Shown piece after piece: positions 18,842 through 29,455 of a DNA stretch of 64,000 nt. The stretch covers positions 97,759 to 161,758 of the forward strand of contig JAEENX010000013.1 in assembly GCA_016283935.1 (NCBI GenBank), in the 5' to 3' direction. Under the pieces are notes generated by a model. The model made no database searches. It was not told the origin of the DNA and worked only from the letters and a program-made list of their open reading frames with translations. The first letter of the stretch is position 1; each line of letters begins with the position of its first letter. The DNA comes from Bacilli bacterium. Lineage in GTDB: Bacteria; Bacillota_I; Bacilli_A; RF39; UBA660. The translations under genes were made by a program, and so were the position numbers.

Positions 18842-20710
18842 ATGATTAACATGAAATATGATGTTATTGTTGTAGGTGGAGGACACGCAGGATGTGAAGC
18901 TGCTAATGCTTCTGCAAAACAAGGTTTAAAAGTAGCATTAATTACATCAAATATTAATAATATTGCTGATATGCCATGTAATCCATCAATAGGTGGAACA
19001 GCTAAAGGAATAGTAGTAAGAGAAATTGATGCATTAGGTGGATTAATGGGACGTGTTGCAGACATTTCTCATTTACAAATAAAAATGCTTAATTCAGGTA
19101 AAGGTCCTGCAGTTGCATCTTTAAGAGCTCAAGGTGATAAAGTTACATATCCAAAGAATATGTTAAAAGAATTAAAATCCATTGAAACTCTAGATATTAT
19201 AGAAGCAATGATTGAAGATATTATTGTAGAAGATAATACTATTAAAGGTGTAATAACAGCAGATGGTACTAAATATGAATGTACATGTTTAGTATTAACA
19301 ACAGGTACATACCTAAAATCAAAAATCTTAGTTGGTTCTACACACAAGTTTGAAGGACCTCATGGAGAAGAATCATCTAAACATTTATCAGATAAATTAA
19401 GAGAACATGGATTAGAAATAATAAGATTAAAAACTGGTACACCACAAAGAATTGATCCTAATACAGTAGATTATTCTAAGTTATCAATTGAAGAAGGAGA
19501 TAAAACTCCTTGGACATTCTCTTTTGATTTAGAACCTCAATATGATGTTAATAAACAAAGAGTTTGTTATTTAGTATATACAAATGAAAATACTCATAAG
19601 ATTATCATGGATAATCTTGATAAATCAGCTATGTATGGTGGATATGCAGAAGGAATTGGACCTAGATATTGTCCATCTATTGAAGATAAAGTTGTTAGAT
19701 TTAAAGATAAAGAAAGACATCAATTATTTTTAGAACCAGAATCAGATTATTATCCGGATTTATACTTACAAGGTTTTAGTACATCTATGCCAATTGATGT
19801 TCAAGAAAAGATGGTTCATTCATTAGTTGGATTAGAAAATGCAAAAATATTAAAATATGCATATGCAATTGAATATGATGCAATTAATCCATTACAAATG
19901 TTACCATCAGAAGAAAATAAGATAATTCATAACTTATATACTGCAGGTCAAATAAACGGTACTTCAGGATATGAAGAAGCTGCAGGACAAGGTTTAATTG
20001 CTGGTATAAATGCAGGTTTAAGATGTAAGGGTAAAGATCCATTAATCTTAAAGAGAAATGAATCTTATATAGGAGTATTATTAGATGATTTAGTTACTAA
20101 AGGAACTAAAGAACCATATAGATTACTTACTTCTAGAGCTGAATATAGATTAATCTTAAGACATGACAATGCTGATCTTCGTTTAAGAGAGTATGGATAT
20201 CAAGTTGGTATTGTTACAGAAGAACAACATAATAGATTATTAAAGAAGATTGATGATATAAAAAATTTAACTGAAGATTTAAAAAATATTAGAATTACAG
20301 TTAAAAATGAATCTGATTCTATAAAAGAATCAATCGGCGATTTAACTAAAGGAGAATCTTTATACAATTTATTAAAGAGACCAGAAATAAAAATAGATCA
20401 ATTAAAAGAATATATTGAAAAAGACTATTCAAATGAAGTATATGGTATTGTTGAAATTCAAGTTAAATATGAAGGATATATAGCTAAAACATATAAAGAA
20501 GTAGAAAAAATGTTAAAGCTTGAAGAAAAACAAATACCTGAAGATATAGACTATGATAAAGTTAAAAATATAGCATCAGAAGCTAAACAAAAACTTAAAG
20601 ATGTTAGACCACTTACACTTGCACAAGCATCACGTATAAGTGGAGTTAATCCAGTAGATATATCTGTATTATCAATATATTTAAAGAAAGAATACGGAAA
20701 GGATAAGTAG
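18842..20710 (+). CDS. mnmG: tRNA uridine 5-carboxymethylaminomethyl modification enzyme MnmG (GidA)
   Basis: FAD-binding N-terminus DVIVVGGGHAGCEAA. 622 aa. The start may be the ATG at 18851. Confidence 0.9.
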   Translation: MINMKYDVIVVGGGHAGCEAANASAKQGLKVALITSNINNIADMPCNPSIGGTAKGIVVREIDALGGLMGRVADISHLQIKMLNSGKGPAVASLRAQGDKVTYPKNMLKELKSIETLDIIEAMIEDIIVEDNTIKGVITADGTKYECTCLVLTTGTYLKSKILVGSTHKFEGPHGEESSKHLSDKLREHGLEIIRLKTGTPQRIDPNTVDYSKLSIEEGDKTPWTFSFDLEPQYDVNKQRVCYLVYTNENTHKIIMDNLDKSAMYGGYAEGIGPRYCPSIEDKVVRFKDKERHQLFLEPESDYYPDLYLQGFSTSMPIDVQEKMVHSLVGLENAKILKYAYAIEYDAINPLQMLPSEENKIIHNLYTAGQINGTSGYEEAAGQGLIAGINAGLRCKGKDPLILKRNESYIGVLLDDLVTKGTKEPYRLLTSRAEYRLILRHDNADLRLREYGYQVGIVTEEQHNRLLKKIDDIKNLTEDLKNIRITVKNESDSIKESIGDLTKGESLYNLLKRPEIKIDQLKEYIEKDYSNEVYGIVEIQVKYEGYIAKTYKEVEKMLKLEEKQIPEDIDYDKVKNIASEAKQKLKDVRPLTLAQASRISGVNPVDISVLSIYLKKEYGKDK

Positions 20711-20711
20711 T

Positions 20712-21413
20712 ATGAATATAGAAGAATTTATTAAAGCATGTAATGAATTAAATATATCATTAGACGATAAAACATTATCTAATTTAAATATATATAAAGA
20801 ATATTTACAAGAATATAATGCTCATACTAATTTAACTACTATTACAGAAGATGAAGAAATATATTTAAAACATTTCTATGATTCTTTAACAATAGTTAAA
20901 GCAATAGATTTAAATAAAGTATCTAGTCTTTTAGATGTAGGAACAGGTGCTGGATTTCCAGGAATGGTATTAAAAATTGTATTTCCACATTTAAATGTAA
21001 CTTTAATAGATTCTAATAATAAAAAGACTACATTCTTATCAAATTTAAAAGAAAAGATTGGATTAAATAATTTAACTATAATAAATGAAAGATCTGAAGA
21101 CTATGCTCATAAACATATAGATGAATATGATGTAGTTACTTCAAGAGCAGTAGCTAATTTAAGAGTATTAACTGAACTATGTTTACCAATGGTTAAAGTA
21201 GGAGGTAAATTTATACCTTTAAAAGCTACAGTTGAAGAAGAAATCAAAGAAGCTGATAAAATTATTAGTGTATTAAATGGTAAGTTATCAAAAAAAATAA
21301 CTTTTAATCTTCCTAAAGAAGATTCATTAAGAAATATATTAGTAATAGATAAATTAAAAAGTAATCCTAAAGGATATCCAAGAAATTATGGTAAAATAAA
21401 AAAAGGTAACTAG
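20712..21413 (+). CDS. rsmG: 16S rRNA (guanine527-N7)-methyltransferase RsmG
   Basis: SAM-binding LDVGTGAGFPG. Conserved mnmG-rsmG pair. Confidence 0.9.
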   Translation: MNIEEFIKACNELNISLDDKTLSNLNIYKEYLQEYNAHTNLTTITEDEEIYLKHFYDSLTIVKAIDLNKVSSLLDVGTGAGFPGMVLKIVFPHLNVTLIDSNNKKTTFLSNLKEKIGLNNLTIINERSEDYAHKHIDEYDVVTSRAVANLRVLTELCLPMVKVGGKFIPLKATVEEEIKEADKIISVLNGKLSKKITFNLPKEDSLRNILVIDKLKSNPKGYPRNYGKIKKGN

Positions 21414-21463
21414 TAATAGTTATTTTTTTTATGTATACTTATAATAGAATATAGGAGTTTAAT

Positions 21464-22006
21464 ATGGAAAATAAATATTTGCCTGAACAAGAAAAGACTG
21501 CAAAACCGGTTGAAAAACATTATAAAGAATTGGAATCTGTTTCTACTAGTTCATTAATAGAAAATTTTATAAATAATAGTGATGAAGAAGATATAAAAAG
21601 AATTAATGAAAAAGTTGAAGCAGAAATCAAAGAAGTTAATTCAAAACAAAATAATGAAACCGAAAATGATAGTTCAGTATCACAAGATAATAAGATTTCA
21701 TCAACAGATAATAGTATATTAACAGTAAATATCTTGTTTTTTATTCTTACAATTATATCTTTAATTGTACAAACATTTAATAATAATCCAATTGTTCTAG
21801 CAGTATCAGGAATATTGTTACTTTCACTTGTGGTTTCTTCTATTATTACAGCATGTACTTGTACAAACCAATCATATAAAACTATAGGAATGATTATTAC
21901 ATTATTATGTCTTATATTTTTCATATACTTTTGTGCAGTAATAATAGGTCATATGGTAGGTGAATTTTTGTCTGGATGTGGAAGTATGTTACGTGGATGT
22001 GAATAG
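21464..22006 (+). CDS. Hypothetical membrane protein (acidic/Ser-rich N-terminus, C-terminal TM helices, Cys-rich end)
   Basis: ORF with hydrophobic C-terminal half. No recognisable family. Confidence 0.4.
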   Translation: MENKYLPEQEKTAKPVEKHYKELESVSTSSLIENFINNSDEEDIKRINEKVEAEIKEVNSKQNNETENDSSVSQDNKISSTDNSILTVNILFFILTIISLIVQTFNNNPIVLAVSGILLLSLVVSSIITACTCTNQSYKTIGMIITLLCLIFFIYFCAVIIGHMVGEFLSGCGSMLRGCE

Positions 22007-22014
22007 GTGATTAT

Positions 22015-22701
22015 ATGATAATAAATAAAATTAATTTTCCAATATATGGAATAATGATAGTATCTTCTATATTAGCTGGAATGATATATATACTATTAAA
22101 TATAAAAAATCTTATAAAAAAAGATAGAAGACTATTATTATATTTTATATTGGTATTTCCATTTACTATTATATTTGGAATATATTTTACTATGATTACA
22201 TCAGGTGATTTTAGTCTAACTAGAATTGGATTATCATCATATGGTGGATTAATAGGATTAATTCTTTCAGCAATTATATTTAATTTTATAGTTCCAAATA
22301 ATAATAAAATATTAAAATATACAATTATATCTTTACCATTGATATATGGAATATCAAAATTAGGATGTTTTTTTGCAGGATGTTGTTATGGTATTCCTTA
22401 TAATGGTCCATTAAATGTTTCATATCCATTCAATGATGTTTATAATGTATTACCGATACAATTAATTGAAACTGTTACATTTATAATTGCATTTATAATT
22501 TTAAATAAGTATAAAAATAATAGTAATATTATTTATATAACTATTGTAGTAGGAGCAGTTTTAAAAGGATTGCTAGATTTTTTTAGAGATTCTCATATTA
22601 ATCAAATAATATCAGCAAACCAAATATTTTCCATTTTATTAATAGTATTAGTATGTGTAATATTTATTGTAAATAAAAAGAAAAAAATAAAAAGAAACTA
22701 A
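22015..22701 (+). CDS. Prolipoprotein diacylglyceryl transferase (Lgt)-family protein. It is short, at 228 aa.
   Basis: Multi-TM. IGLSSYGGLIGLILSAIIF and KLGCFFAGCCYG correspond to Lgt motifs (..HGGLIG.. and ..GRWGNF.N.E..G) as recalled. Confidence 0.5.
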   Translation: MIINKINFPIYGIMIVSSILAGMIYILLNIKNLIKKDRRLLLYFILVFPFTIIFGIYFTMITSGDFSLTRIGLSSYGGLIGLILSAIIFNFIVPNNNKILKYTIISLPLIYGISKLGCFFAGCCYGIPYNGPLNVSYPFNDVYNVLPIQLIETVTFIIAFIILNKYKNNSNIIYITIVVGAVLKGLLDFFRDSHINQIISANQIFSILLIVLVCVIFIVNKKKKIKRN

Positions 22702-22739
22702 AAAAGTTTCTTTTTTATTTTATACTATAATTGGTGAGA

Positions 22740-23207
22740 TATATGAAATACTGTAAGAATTGTGGCAAAGAATTACAAGAAAAGAACAACTTTTGTACTT
22801 TATGTGGTACTCCAGTATCTGAAAATGCAACAACTATAAAACCAAATAATGTTGTCTTAGAAACTGTTGAAGACAAAAAGAAAGGTAATGTATTTGGAAT
22901 AATAGCATTAATATTACATTTTGGAACTCCTTTTCTTACATCATTATTAAGTCCTATTATGAATACAATAGAAAAAAGTAATTATAGTGCTATATCTGGT
23001 ATTGTAGCAAGTCTAATAGGAGTTGGATATTTATCTTCTTGGGTTATCATGATAGTAGGTAGAGTGAAATATCCTAAGAATGTATTATGTAAGGTAACAA
23101 TGTGGATATTTATTATTACAGCTATCATGGAAGTAGTTGGATTAATATTAATCATGGCTTTCTGTTATATTACTTGTACTAATATGGACTTCTCAGGTTG
23201 TTATTAA
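22740..23207 (+). CDS. Zinc-ribbon membrane protein, hypothetical
   Basis: N-terminal CKNCG..(x)..CTLCG zinc ribbon, then 3-4 TM helices. Confidence 0.45.
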   Translation, partial: YMKYCKNCGKELQEKNNFCTLCGTPVSENATTIKPNNVVLETVEDKKKGNVFGIIALILHFGTPFLTSLLSPIMNTIEKSNYSAISGIVASLIGVGYLSSWVIMIVGRVKYPKNVLCKVTMWIFIITAIMEVVGLILIMAFCYITCTNMDFSGCY

Positions 23208-23301
23208 AATAGATAAGATATTAGAAAACTCTAATATCTTTTTATATTGAAAAAAAAGCCACATAAATATATAATTATATATAGAATAGGAGAGGGTTAT
23301 C

Positions 23302-24447
23302 ATGAAGATGGAAGCACAAATAAGAATGATTCCAGTAGATCAAATTATCCCAAATAGATTTCAACCAAGACTAGAATTTGATCAAGAAGCTTTAAATACA
23401 TTAGCTAATTCCATCAAACAACATGGTATTATCCAACCTTTAGTACTTAGAAGAGTAGCAGATAAATATGAAATAATAGCAGGTGAAAGAAGATTTAAAG
23501 CATCTCAAATGTGTGGAATGATGCAAGTTCCAGCAATTATAACTGACTTAGATGATAATGAATCTGCAGAAGTTGCTATCATTGAAAATACACAAAGAAG
23601 AGAATTATCTGCAATTGAAGAAGCACAAAGTTATAAAAAATTATTAGATAGAAAATACTTAACACAAGAACAATTAGCTCAAAGATTAGGAACTTCTCAA
23701 TCTAACATAGCTAATAAGATTAGATTATTACAATTAGATAAAGCTGTACAAGAAGCTTTAATGAAAAATCAAATTTCTGAAAGACATGCTAGATCATTAC
23801 TAAGAGTACAAGATCCTAAGAAACAAGTTGAATTATTAAATAGAGTAATTCAAGAAAGAATAAAAGTAAGAGATTTAGAAAAAGAAATAGATAAAATATT
23901 AGGATTATATGATAATCAAAAAGCTGCAGTAGGTGGAATTAACATTGGTAAGGGTGATATAGATATTGAAACTCTTACTCAAACAGCTCAAGATATAACT
24001 CCTACATATGCAACTGATATTCCTATATATCAACATCAAACTAATAAAGAAGAAAAGAAACCAAAAAATAATACATTATTTGGTAATAAATTAGAAGATG
24101 AAGCAGCAAATATGGATTCATCTCTAGGATTTGGATTTAATCCATTCCAAACTCAAGCAGTAAATGGAGTTGGAGTTGGAGATGACTATGATCTTCTTGA
24201 ACTTGAAGATAATGATGATTCAGAAGAAACACAAGATGATACTCCTACACAAACTCCAACTGTTGTTAAACAAGTAGTACAAGATGAAAAATATGAAACA
24301 GCAGATGATGTAATAGCTGGAATAAAGAGAATCATGGATGCTTGTAAAGAATGCAATTTGGTAGTTTCTTCAGAAGAATTTAACTTTGATGAAGAATATC
24401 AATTTGTTATTAGAATACCAAGAGATGAAGAAGATACTAAGAAATAG
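23302..24447 (+). CDS. parB: ParB/Spo0J (or Noc) family partition protein. No ParA is adjacent.
   Basis: ParB box IIAGERRFKAS and an HTH (LTQEQLAQRLGTSQSNIANKIRLL). Long acidic C-terminal extension. Confidence 0.8.
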   Translation: MKMEAQIRMIPVDQIIPNRFQPRLEFDQEALNTLANSIKQHGIIQPLVLRRVADKYEIIAGERRFKASQMCGMMQVPAIITDLDDNESAEVAIIENTQRRELSAIEEAQSYKKLLDRKYLTQEQLAQRLGTSQSNIANKIRLLQLDKAVQEALMKNQISERHARSLLRVQDPKKQVELLNRVIQERIKVRDLEKEIDKILGLYDNQKAAVGGINIGKGDIDIETLTQTAQDITPTYATDIPIYQHQTNKEEKKPKNNTLFGNKLEDEAANMDSSLGFGFNPFQTQAVNGVGVGDDYDLLELEDNDDSEETQDDTPTQTPTVVKQVVQDEKYETADDVIAGIKRIMDACKECNLVVSSEEFNFDEEYQFVIRIPRDEEDTKK

Positions 24448-24499
24448 TATCTTTTTTTATGAAATATGCTATAATACCGACGAGAAAGGACTTAGTTAT

Positions 24500-24832
24500 A
24501 TGAAATCACTTACATTTAAATTATATTCAAATAATAAATTAGAAATAGATGAAACATCTAATTATTTTATTAAAGATGATATATTAAATTTTAAGATAGA
24601 TAAAGATACCTATAAATTAGACTTAATAACAAATAATTTAGTTAAAACTAATCATGAATATACTATTGATATAAATATAGCTAAAAAGCTTGTTTTAATA
24701 GCTTTAAATGGGTATACATTTGAAATGAATATAATTAATCATTCTGTTAAGAAAGATGGTAATAATATTGAAATAGAATATACCTATGAAGGTGAGGAAA
24801 TAACTAATAATAAAATAATAATAAATTATTAA
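24500..24832 (+). CDS. Small hypothetical protein, possibly a DUF1934/YwiB-like beta-barrel
   Basis: 111 aa from the ATG at 24500. TGCTATAAT extended -10 and RBS upstream. The DUF1934 assignment is weak. Confidence 0.35.
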   Translation: MKSLTFKLYSNNKLEIDETSNYFIKDDILNFKIDKDTYKLDLITNNLVKTNHEYTIDINIAKKLVLIALNGYTFEMNIINHSVKKDGNNIEIEYTYEGEEITNNKIIINY

Positions 24833-24911
24833 TAAAAAAATCATTGACAACGTATGATTATATGCTAAAATTATGTTGTTTTTAGTGAAATTTAAATTGG
24901 AGGAAGATTAT

Positions 24912-25367
24912 ATGGCAAAATTAAGCTTAACTAGTGAACAACTTGAAACTATGTCTTATGGAGACGTAGCAGCTTATGTATTAGAACAAAAAGGAAAAAA
25001 ACAAAAAATCCAAGATTTATTTAAAGAAGTAATTAGATTAATGAATTTACCAGAAAGTGATTTCGAAAATCATATCGCAGATTTCTTTCAATTATTATCA
25101 ACAGATATGAGATTTACTATGGTAGAAAAAGGATACTGGGATTTAAAAGTTAATCAAAAACATAAAGTAATTGTTGCATCAGATGATGAAGAAGATGAAG
25201 AAGAATTAGAAGTTGAAGAAAATGAAGAAGAATTAACAGACGAAGAAGATGATTCTGAAATCAACTATGATGATGACGATTTAGATGATGATCCTGAGGA
25301 AGATGATTTTAAAGATTTAGTTATAATTGATGACTCAGATGAAAATGGTTCAAATCAAGAAATATAG
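24912..25367 (+). CDS. rpoE: DNA-directed RNA polymerase delta subunit (RpoE)
   Basis: N-terminal HARE-HTH-like domain (MSYGDVAAYVLEQKGKKQKIQDLFKEV...MRFTMVEKGYWDLK). The C-terminal poly-acidic tail (DEEDEEELEVEENEEE...DDDDLDDDPEEDD) is diagnostic of Firmicutes delta. Confidence 0.7.
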   Translation: MAKLSLTSEQLETMSYGDVAAYVLEQKGKKQKIQDLFKEVIRLMNLPESDFENHIADFFQLLSTDMRFTMVEKGYWDLKVNQKHKVIVASDDEEDEEELEVEENEEELTDEEDDSEINYDDDDLDDDPEEDDFKDLVIIDDSDENGSNQEI

Positions 25368-25404
25368 CTAATATCTATTAAAACAATAGATGGAGGTTAT
25401 AAAA

Positions 25405-26469
25405 ATGATAGAAAGATTAGAAATAATAGAAAAAAGATATAATGAAATAGTAGAAGAATTAAGTAATCCTGAAACATTATCAGACTATAATATAATGATG
25501 AAACTTAATAAAGAAAAAGCATCAATTGAAGAAACTGTTAATGCTTATCATGATTTAAAGAAAACTACTGAAGATATAGAAGAATTAAAAGAAATGATTA
25601 AAGATCCTGAAATGGGTGAAATGGCCAAACTTGAATTAGAAGAAGCTCAAAATCATTTAGAAGAATTAAATAAAAAGATTGAAGTATTATTAATTCCTAA
25701 AGATGAAAATGATGGTAAAGATATCATCATGGAAATAAGAGGAGCTGCCGGTGGAGATGAAGCTAATATCTTTGCAGGTGATTTATATAGAATGTATACT
25801 CAATATGCTATGAAACAAGGTTGGAAAATTGAAGTAATCAATGAAGAACCCGGAACTGCAGGAGGATATTCTCAAATTGAATTCTATGTTAAAGGTGATA
25901 ATGTTTATTCTAAATTAAAATATGAATCAGGAGCACATAGAGTACAAAGAGTACCTGTAACTGAATCAAATGGTAGAATTCAAACTTCTACAGCAACAGT
26001 TGCTGTTATGCCAGAAGCAGAAGATATTGATTTTGAATTACCAATGGATGAAATTAGAGTAGATATTACTAGAGCTTCAGGAAATGGTGGACAAGGTGTT
26101 AATACAACTGACTCAGCTGTTAGATTAACTCACATACCTACAGGTATAATTGTTTACCAACAAACTGAAAGATCTCAATTAAGAAATAAAGAAAAAGCAT
26201 TCCAAATCATGAAAACTAGATTATATGACTTAAAATTAAGAGAAAAAGAAGAAAAAGAAGGTGCTGAAAGAAGAAGTAAAATCGGTACTGGAGATAGATC
26301 TGAAAAAATAAGAACATATAATTATCCTCAAAACAGAGTAACTGATCATAGAATTGGATTCTCAGTAATGCAATTAGATAGAGTTATGAATGGCGATTTA
26401 GATGCTATTATAGAAGCATTAATTACAGAAGATCAAAGAAGAAAGTTAGCAGATGAACAAACCATCTAA
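25405..26469 (+). CDS. prfA: Peptide chain release factor 1
   Basis: GGQ motif ([16 protein letters not shown]) and a PxT-type region. RBS GGAGGT before the ATG at 25405. Confidence 0.9.
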   Translation: MIERLEIIEKRYNEIVEELSNPETLSDYNIMMKLNKEKASIEETVNAYHDLKKTTEDIEELKEMIKDPEMGEMAKLELEEAQNHLEELNKKIEVLLIPKDENDGKDIIMEIRGAAGGDEANIFAGDLYRMYTQYAMKQGWKIEVINEEPGTAGGYSQIEFYVKGDNVYSKLKYESGAHRVQRVPVTESNGRIQTSTATVAVMPEAEDIDFELPMDEIRVDITRASGNGGQGVNTTDSAVRLTHIPTGIIVYQQTERSQLRNKEKAFQIMKTRLYDLKLREKEEKEGAERRSKIGTGDRSEKIRTYNYPQNRVTDHRIGFSVMQLDRVMNGDLDAIIEALITEDQRRKLADEQTI

Positions 26470-27193
26470 AGTAACTGATTTAGATTGGATACTATTAACT
26501 GAAAAATATAAAGACAAAAAATTAGAAAAAGTAGTTAAACTAATCGAAAAAGATTATCCAATTCAATATTTAATAGGTAATGTAGACTTCTATGGATATG
26601 AAATATTTGTTAAAAAAGGTGTATTAATACCTAGATTTGAAACAGAAGGATTATTAGAAGAAACTATTAAACTATTAAAAGATGAAAACATGGATGATAT
26701 ATCAGTTCTAGATATAGGCACAGGAACAGGATGTATTCCTGTAGTACTAAAAAAAGAATTACCTAACTTAGAAATAACATCTATAGATGTTAATGGAAAA
26801 GCAATTAAATTAGCTAAATTAAATGCTTCTAATTATAATGCTACAATTAATTTTATTAAGAAAAATATATTCCATTATAAACCAATTAATAAATATTCAT
26901 TAATAATTTCAAATCCACCATATGTTTCGAAAGATGAACCAGTTGGACCTGAAATAAAATATGAACCTAAGAATGCAATATTTGCTGATCATGAAGGTTT
27001 AAAATATTATGAATATATTATTAAGAATGCAAAAAAATGGACTACAGATAAGAATATATTAGCTTTTGAAATAGGATGTGGACAAGGCAAATATTTAAAA
27101 CAATATGCTAAAGCATATTATCCTAAATCAAAGGTCATAATTAAGAAAGATTTATCACAAAGAGATAGATATTTATTTATTATCAATAAATAA
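26453..27193 (+). CDS. prmC: Release factor glutamine methyltransferase PrmC (HemK)
   Basis: NPPY motif (ISNPPYV), SAM-binding [10 protein letters not shown]. Overlaps prfA, as is typical. Confidence 0.85.
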   Translation: MNKPSKVTDLDWILLTEKYKDKKLEKVVKLIEKDYPIQYLIGNVDFYGYEIFVKKGVLIPRFETEGLLEETIKLLKDENMDDISVLDIGTGTGCIPVVLKKELPNLEITSIDVNGKAIKLAKLNASNYNATINFIKKNIFHYKPINKYSLIISNPPYVSKDEPVGPEIKYEPKNAIFADHEGLKYYEYIIKNAKKWTTDKNILAFEIGCGQGKYLKQYAKAYYPKSKVIIKKDLSQRDRYLFIINK

Positions 27194-27270
27194 TCATTAG
27201 GAACCTAATGATTATTTTTATTTATATATTATATAAATATGATATAATATATTAGGGGAGTAGATGAAAA

Positions 27271-28695
27271 TTGAATAAGATTACACTTGATGAGTTGAGC
27301 ACCGTTACTCCAATATTAGCTTTAAATAATTTGGAACGCGAAACTGAATTTGATTATTTTAGAATTGTTTCGATTGCAAAAACAAAATATGAAGAATATG
27401 CAAAAAATCCATTGTATTTTATTACATATGCAAAAGAAGAAGAAATTCAAGATGGATGGTATACAAAACCTGTTGATTTAAGACCTTATGTTAACAAAAT
27501 CATTAAGGATCATCCTAATTATACATTTGTAGTAGATCAAACAATGGTTGATTATTTGGAATATTCACCAACTGATAAATTAATTTTAGTTGAAGATATC
27601 CATACAACAATAGATGATTTATTTAATTATTTTAAAAATAAATCACATGCTAAAACTGTAGCAGTAACTGGTTCAGTTGGTAAAACAACGTGTGTTGGAT
27701 TAATTGAATCAATATTAAAACAAGATAAAAGAGTAATGCGTATTTATTCTAAAAGAATAACACCATTAGTATTAAAAGCAAATATTATTAATTTATTAAA
27801 TGATGATATAGATTATATAGTTACTGAAAATAGTATCTATTATCATGATCATGTAAAAATACTTGCTGATTTATTAAAACCAGAAATTGCTGCAATATTA
27901 AATATTGAATCATCACATTTAGGTGTAGATGGTTTAAAAACAATTGATGATATATGTAGATTTAAATCAGCTATATTTCAATATGCTAAACAAGGATATA
28001 TCATTGAAGGAGATCCTTATTTAGATAGGTTACATATGGAAGATGGAGAATTAAAATATGATGATGAATCTATTTTATATAATCCAGAATTACAATTAGA
28101 TAGAATTGATTTATCTGAAACAACAGTTGAAGATGAAAAATTTAATATAGAAAATGAAATAGTTGTTAATCCATTTATGTTATCCACATTATCTAAAAAG
28201 CAATTCTTAACTGCTTATAAAATTGGAAAACATATAGGTATATCAAACGAACATATTCAAAATGGTATGAATTCATATCAACCAGTTGAAAATAGATTAC
28301 AAACTGAATATATAAGTGGAAAAAGAATTATATTTGATGGAGATATAACTACATTTGAGAGAATCAAAGAATTATCTGATAATATGTACAAAAATAAATA
28401 TTTAGTATTAAGAAAAGTTGGAAGTGCAGAAAATACATTTAGAATAGCAGACATAAAACAACATTTTAATAAATATGTTAAAGTATTTATATTTGATGAT
28501 GTAGAATATTTAGATGAATTAAAAGATGAACCAAATGTTGAAATAGTTAGTGATCATTCATTTATGAATGATATAGATGGAACTGTTATATATCATTATT
28601 CAGGATATTATCGTGTATGGGATCAATATAAAGAAGAAAATCTTAGCATATATGATAAAGAAAAATATCCAATTATGAAGGTGAAGAAAATATGA
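27271..28695 (+). CDS. Mur ligase family protein (MurF-like; specific activity unassigned)
   Basis: P-loop VAVTGSVGKTT of Mur ligases. TTG start with AGGGGAG RBS. Confidence 0.5.
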   Translation: MNKITLDELSTVTPILALNNLERETEFDYFRIVSIAKTKYEEYAKNPLYFITYAKEEEIQDGWYTKPVDLRPYVNKIIKDHPNYTFVVDQTMVDYLEYSPTDKLILVEDIHTTIDDLFNYFKNKSHAKTVAVTGSVGKTTCVGLIESILKQDKRVMRIYSKRITPLVLKANIINLLNDDIDYIVTENSIYYHDHVKILADLLKPEIAAILNIESSHLGVDGLKTIDDICRFKSAIFQYAKQGYIIEGDPYLDRLHMEDGELKYDDESILYNPELQLDRIDLSETTVEDEKFNIENEIVVNPFMLSTLSKKQFLTAYKIGKHIGISNEHIQNGMNSYQPVENRLQTEYISGKRIIFDGDITTFERIKELSDNMYKNKYLVLRKVGSAENTFRIADIKQHFNKYVKVFIFDDVEYLDELKDEPNVEIVSDHSFMNDIDGTVIYHYSGYYRVWDQYKEENLSIYDKEKYPIMKVKKI

Positions 28696-29396
28696 AAAAG
28701 AAAATATTATTATTACATGGATGGAATTGGAAAAATTATACATCTTTAACTGAATCAAAAGATGTATGGAATAATAGAAAAGAATTTGTAGATAAATTAT
28801 CTGAAAAATATGATGTTTATAAATTAACTTTCCCAGGTTTTTGTGGTGAACCAGAACCTGAAAGAGCATGGGAATTATCTGATTTTGCTAATTATGTTAA
28901 AGAATATTTAGATAAAAATAACATTAAACCAGATTATATTTTAGGATATTCTTTTGGTGGAGCAGTAGCAATTGAATATAATTTATTGTTTGATAATAGT
29001 CAAAAACTATTATTAGTTTCACCAGCAATAACTAGAAATAAAGAAAAATCTAAACATATTATTCAAACACCAAAGTTTATGCAACCATTAAGAAATAGAT
29101 TAAGAGATTTCTATCTAGTTCATATTATTAAAAATAATTATATGATAAATGGTACAAAATTTTTAAATGAAACATATCAAAATATAGTTAGAGTTGAATT
29201 ATTAGATGAATTAGAGAAGATTGATCCGAAGAACATTAAAATTATATATGGTTCAATTGATAAACAAGTTAATCCATCATATGTAATTAATAATATTAAT
29301 CCTAAATTTAAAGATAGTATTAAAGTCATTGAAGGCGGTACACATGATATTGCAAATACAAATGCAGATGACATAATATCAATAATAAGTAAATAA
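28692..29396 (+). CDS. Alpha/beta hydrolase (esterase-like)
   Basis: Nucleophile elbow GYSFGG. Downstream Asp/His candidates (GGTHDIAN). Confidence 0.5.
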   Translation: MKKKILLLHGWNWKNYTSLTESKDVWNNRKEFVDKLSEKYDVYKLTFPGFCGEPEPERAWELSDFANYVKEYLDKNNIKPDYILGYSFGGAVAIEYNLLFDNSQKLLLVSPAITRNKEKSKHIIQTPKFMQPLRNRLRDFYLVHIIKNNYMINGTKFLNETYQNIVRVELLDELEKIDPKNIKIIYGSIDKQVNPSYVINNINPKFKDSIKVIEGGTHDIANTNADDIISIISK

Positions 29397-29455
29397 GGTA
29401 AGAAATTACCTTATTTTTTTATTTAAATGATATAATATAGCTAGAAGGTGATTAT

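Noticed and set aside
27264-27275. ATG at 27264 as start of the Mur ligase-family gene
   Set aside because: It hits a stop after 4 codons. The in-frame TTG at 27271 with the AGGGGAG RBS is the only viable start.
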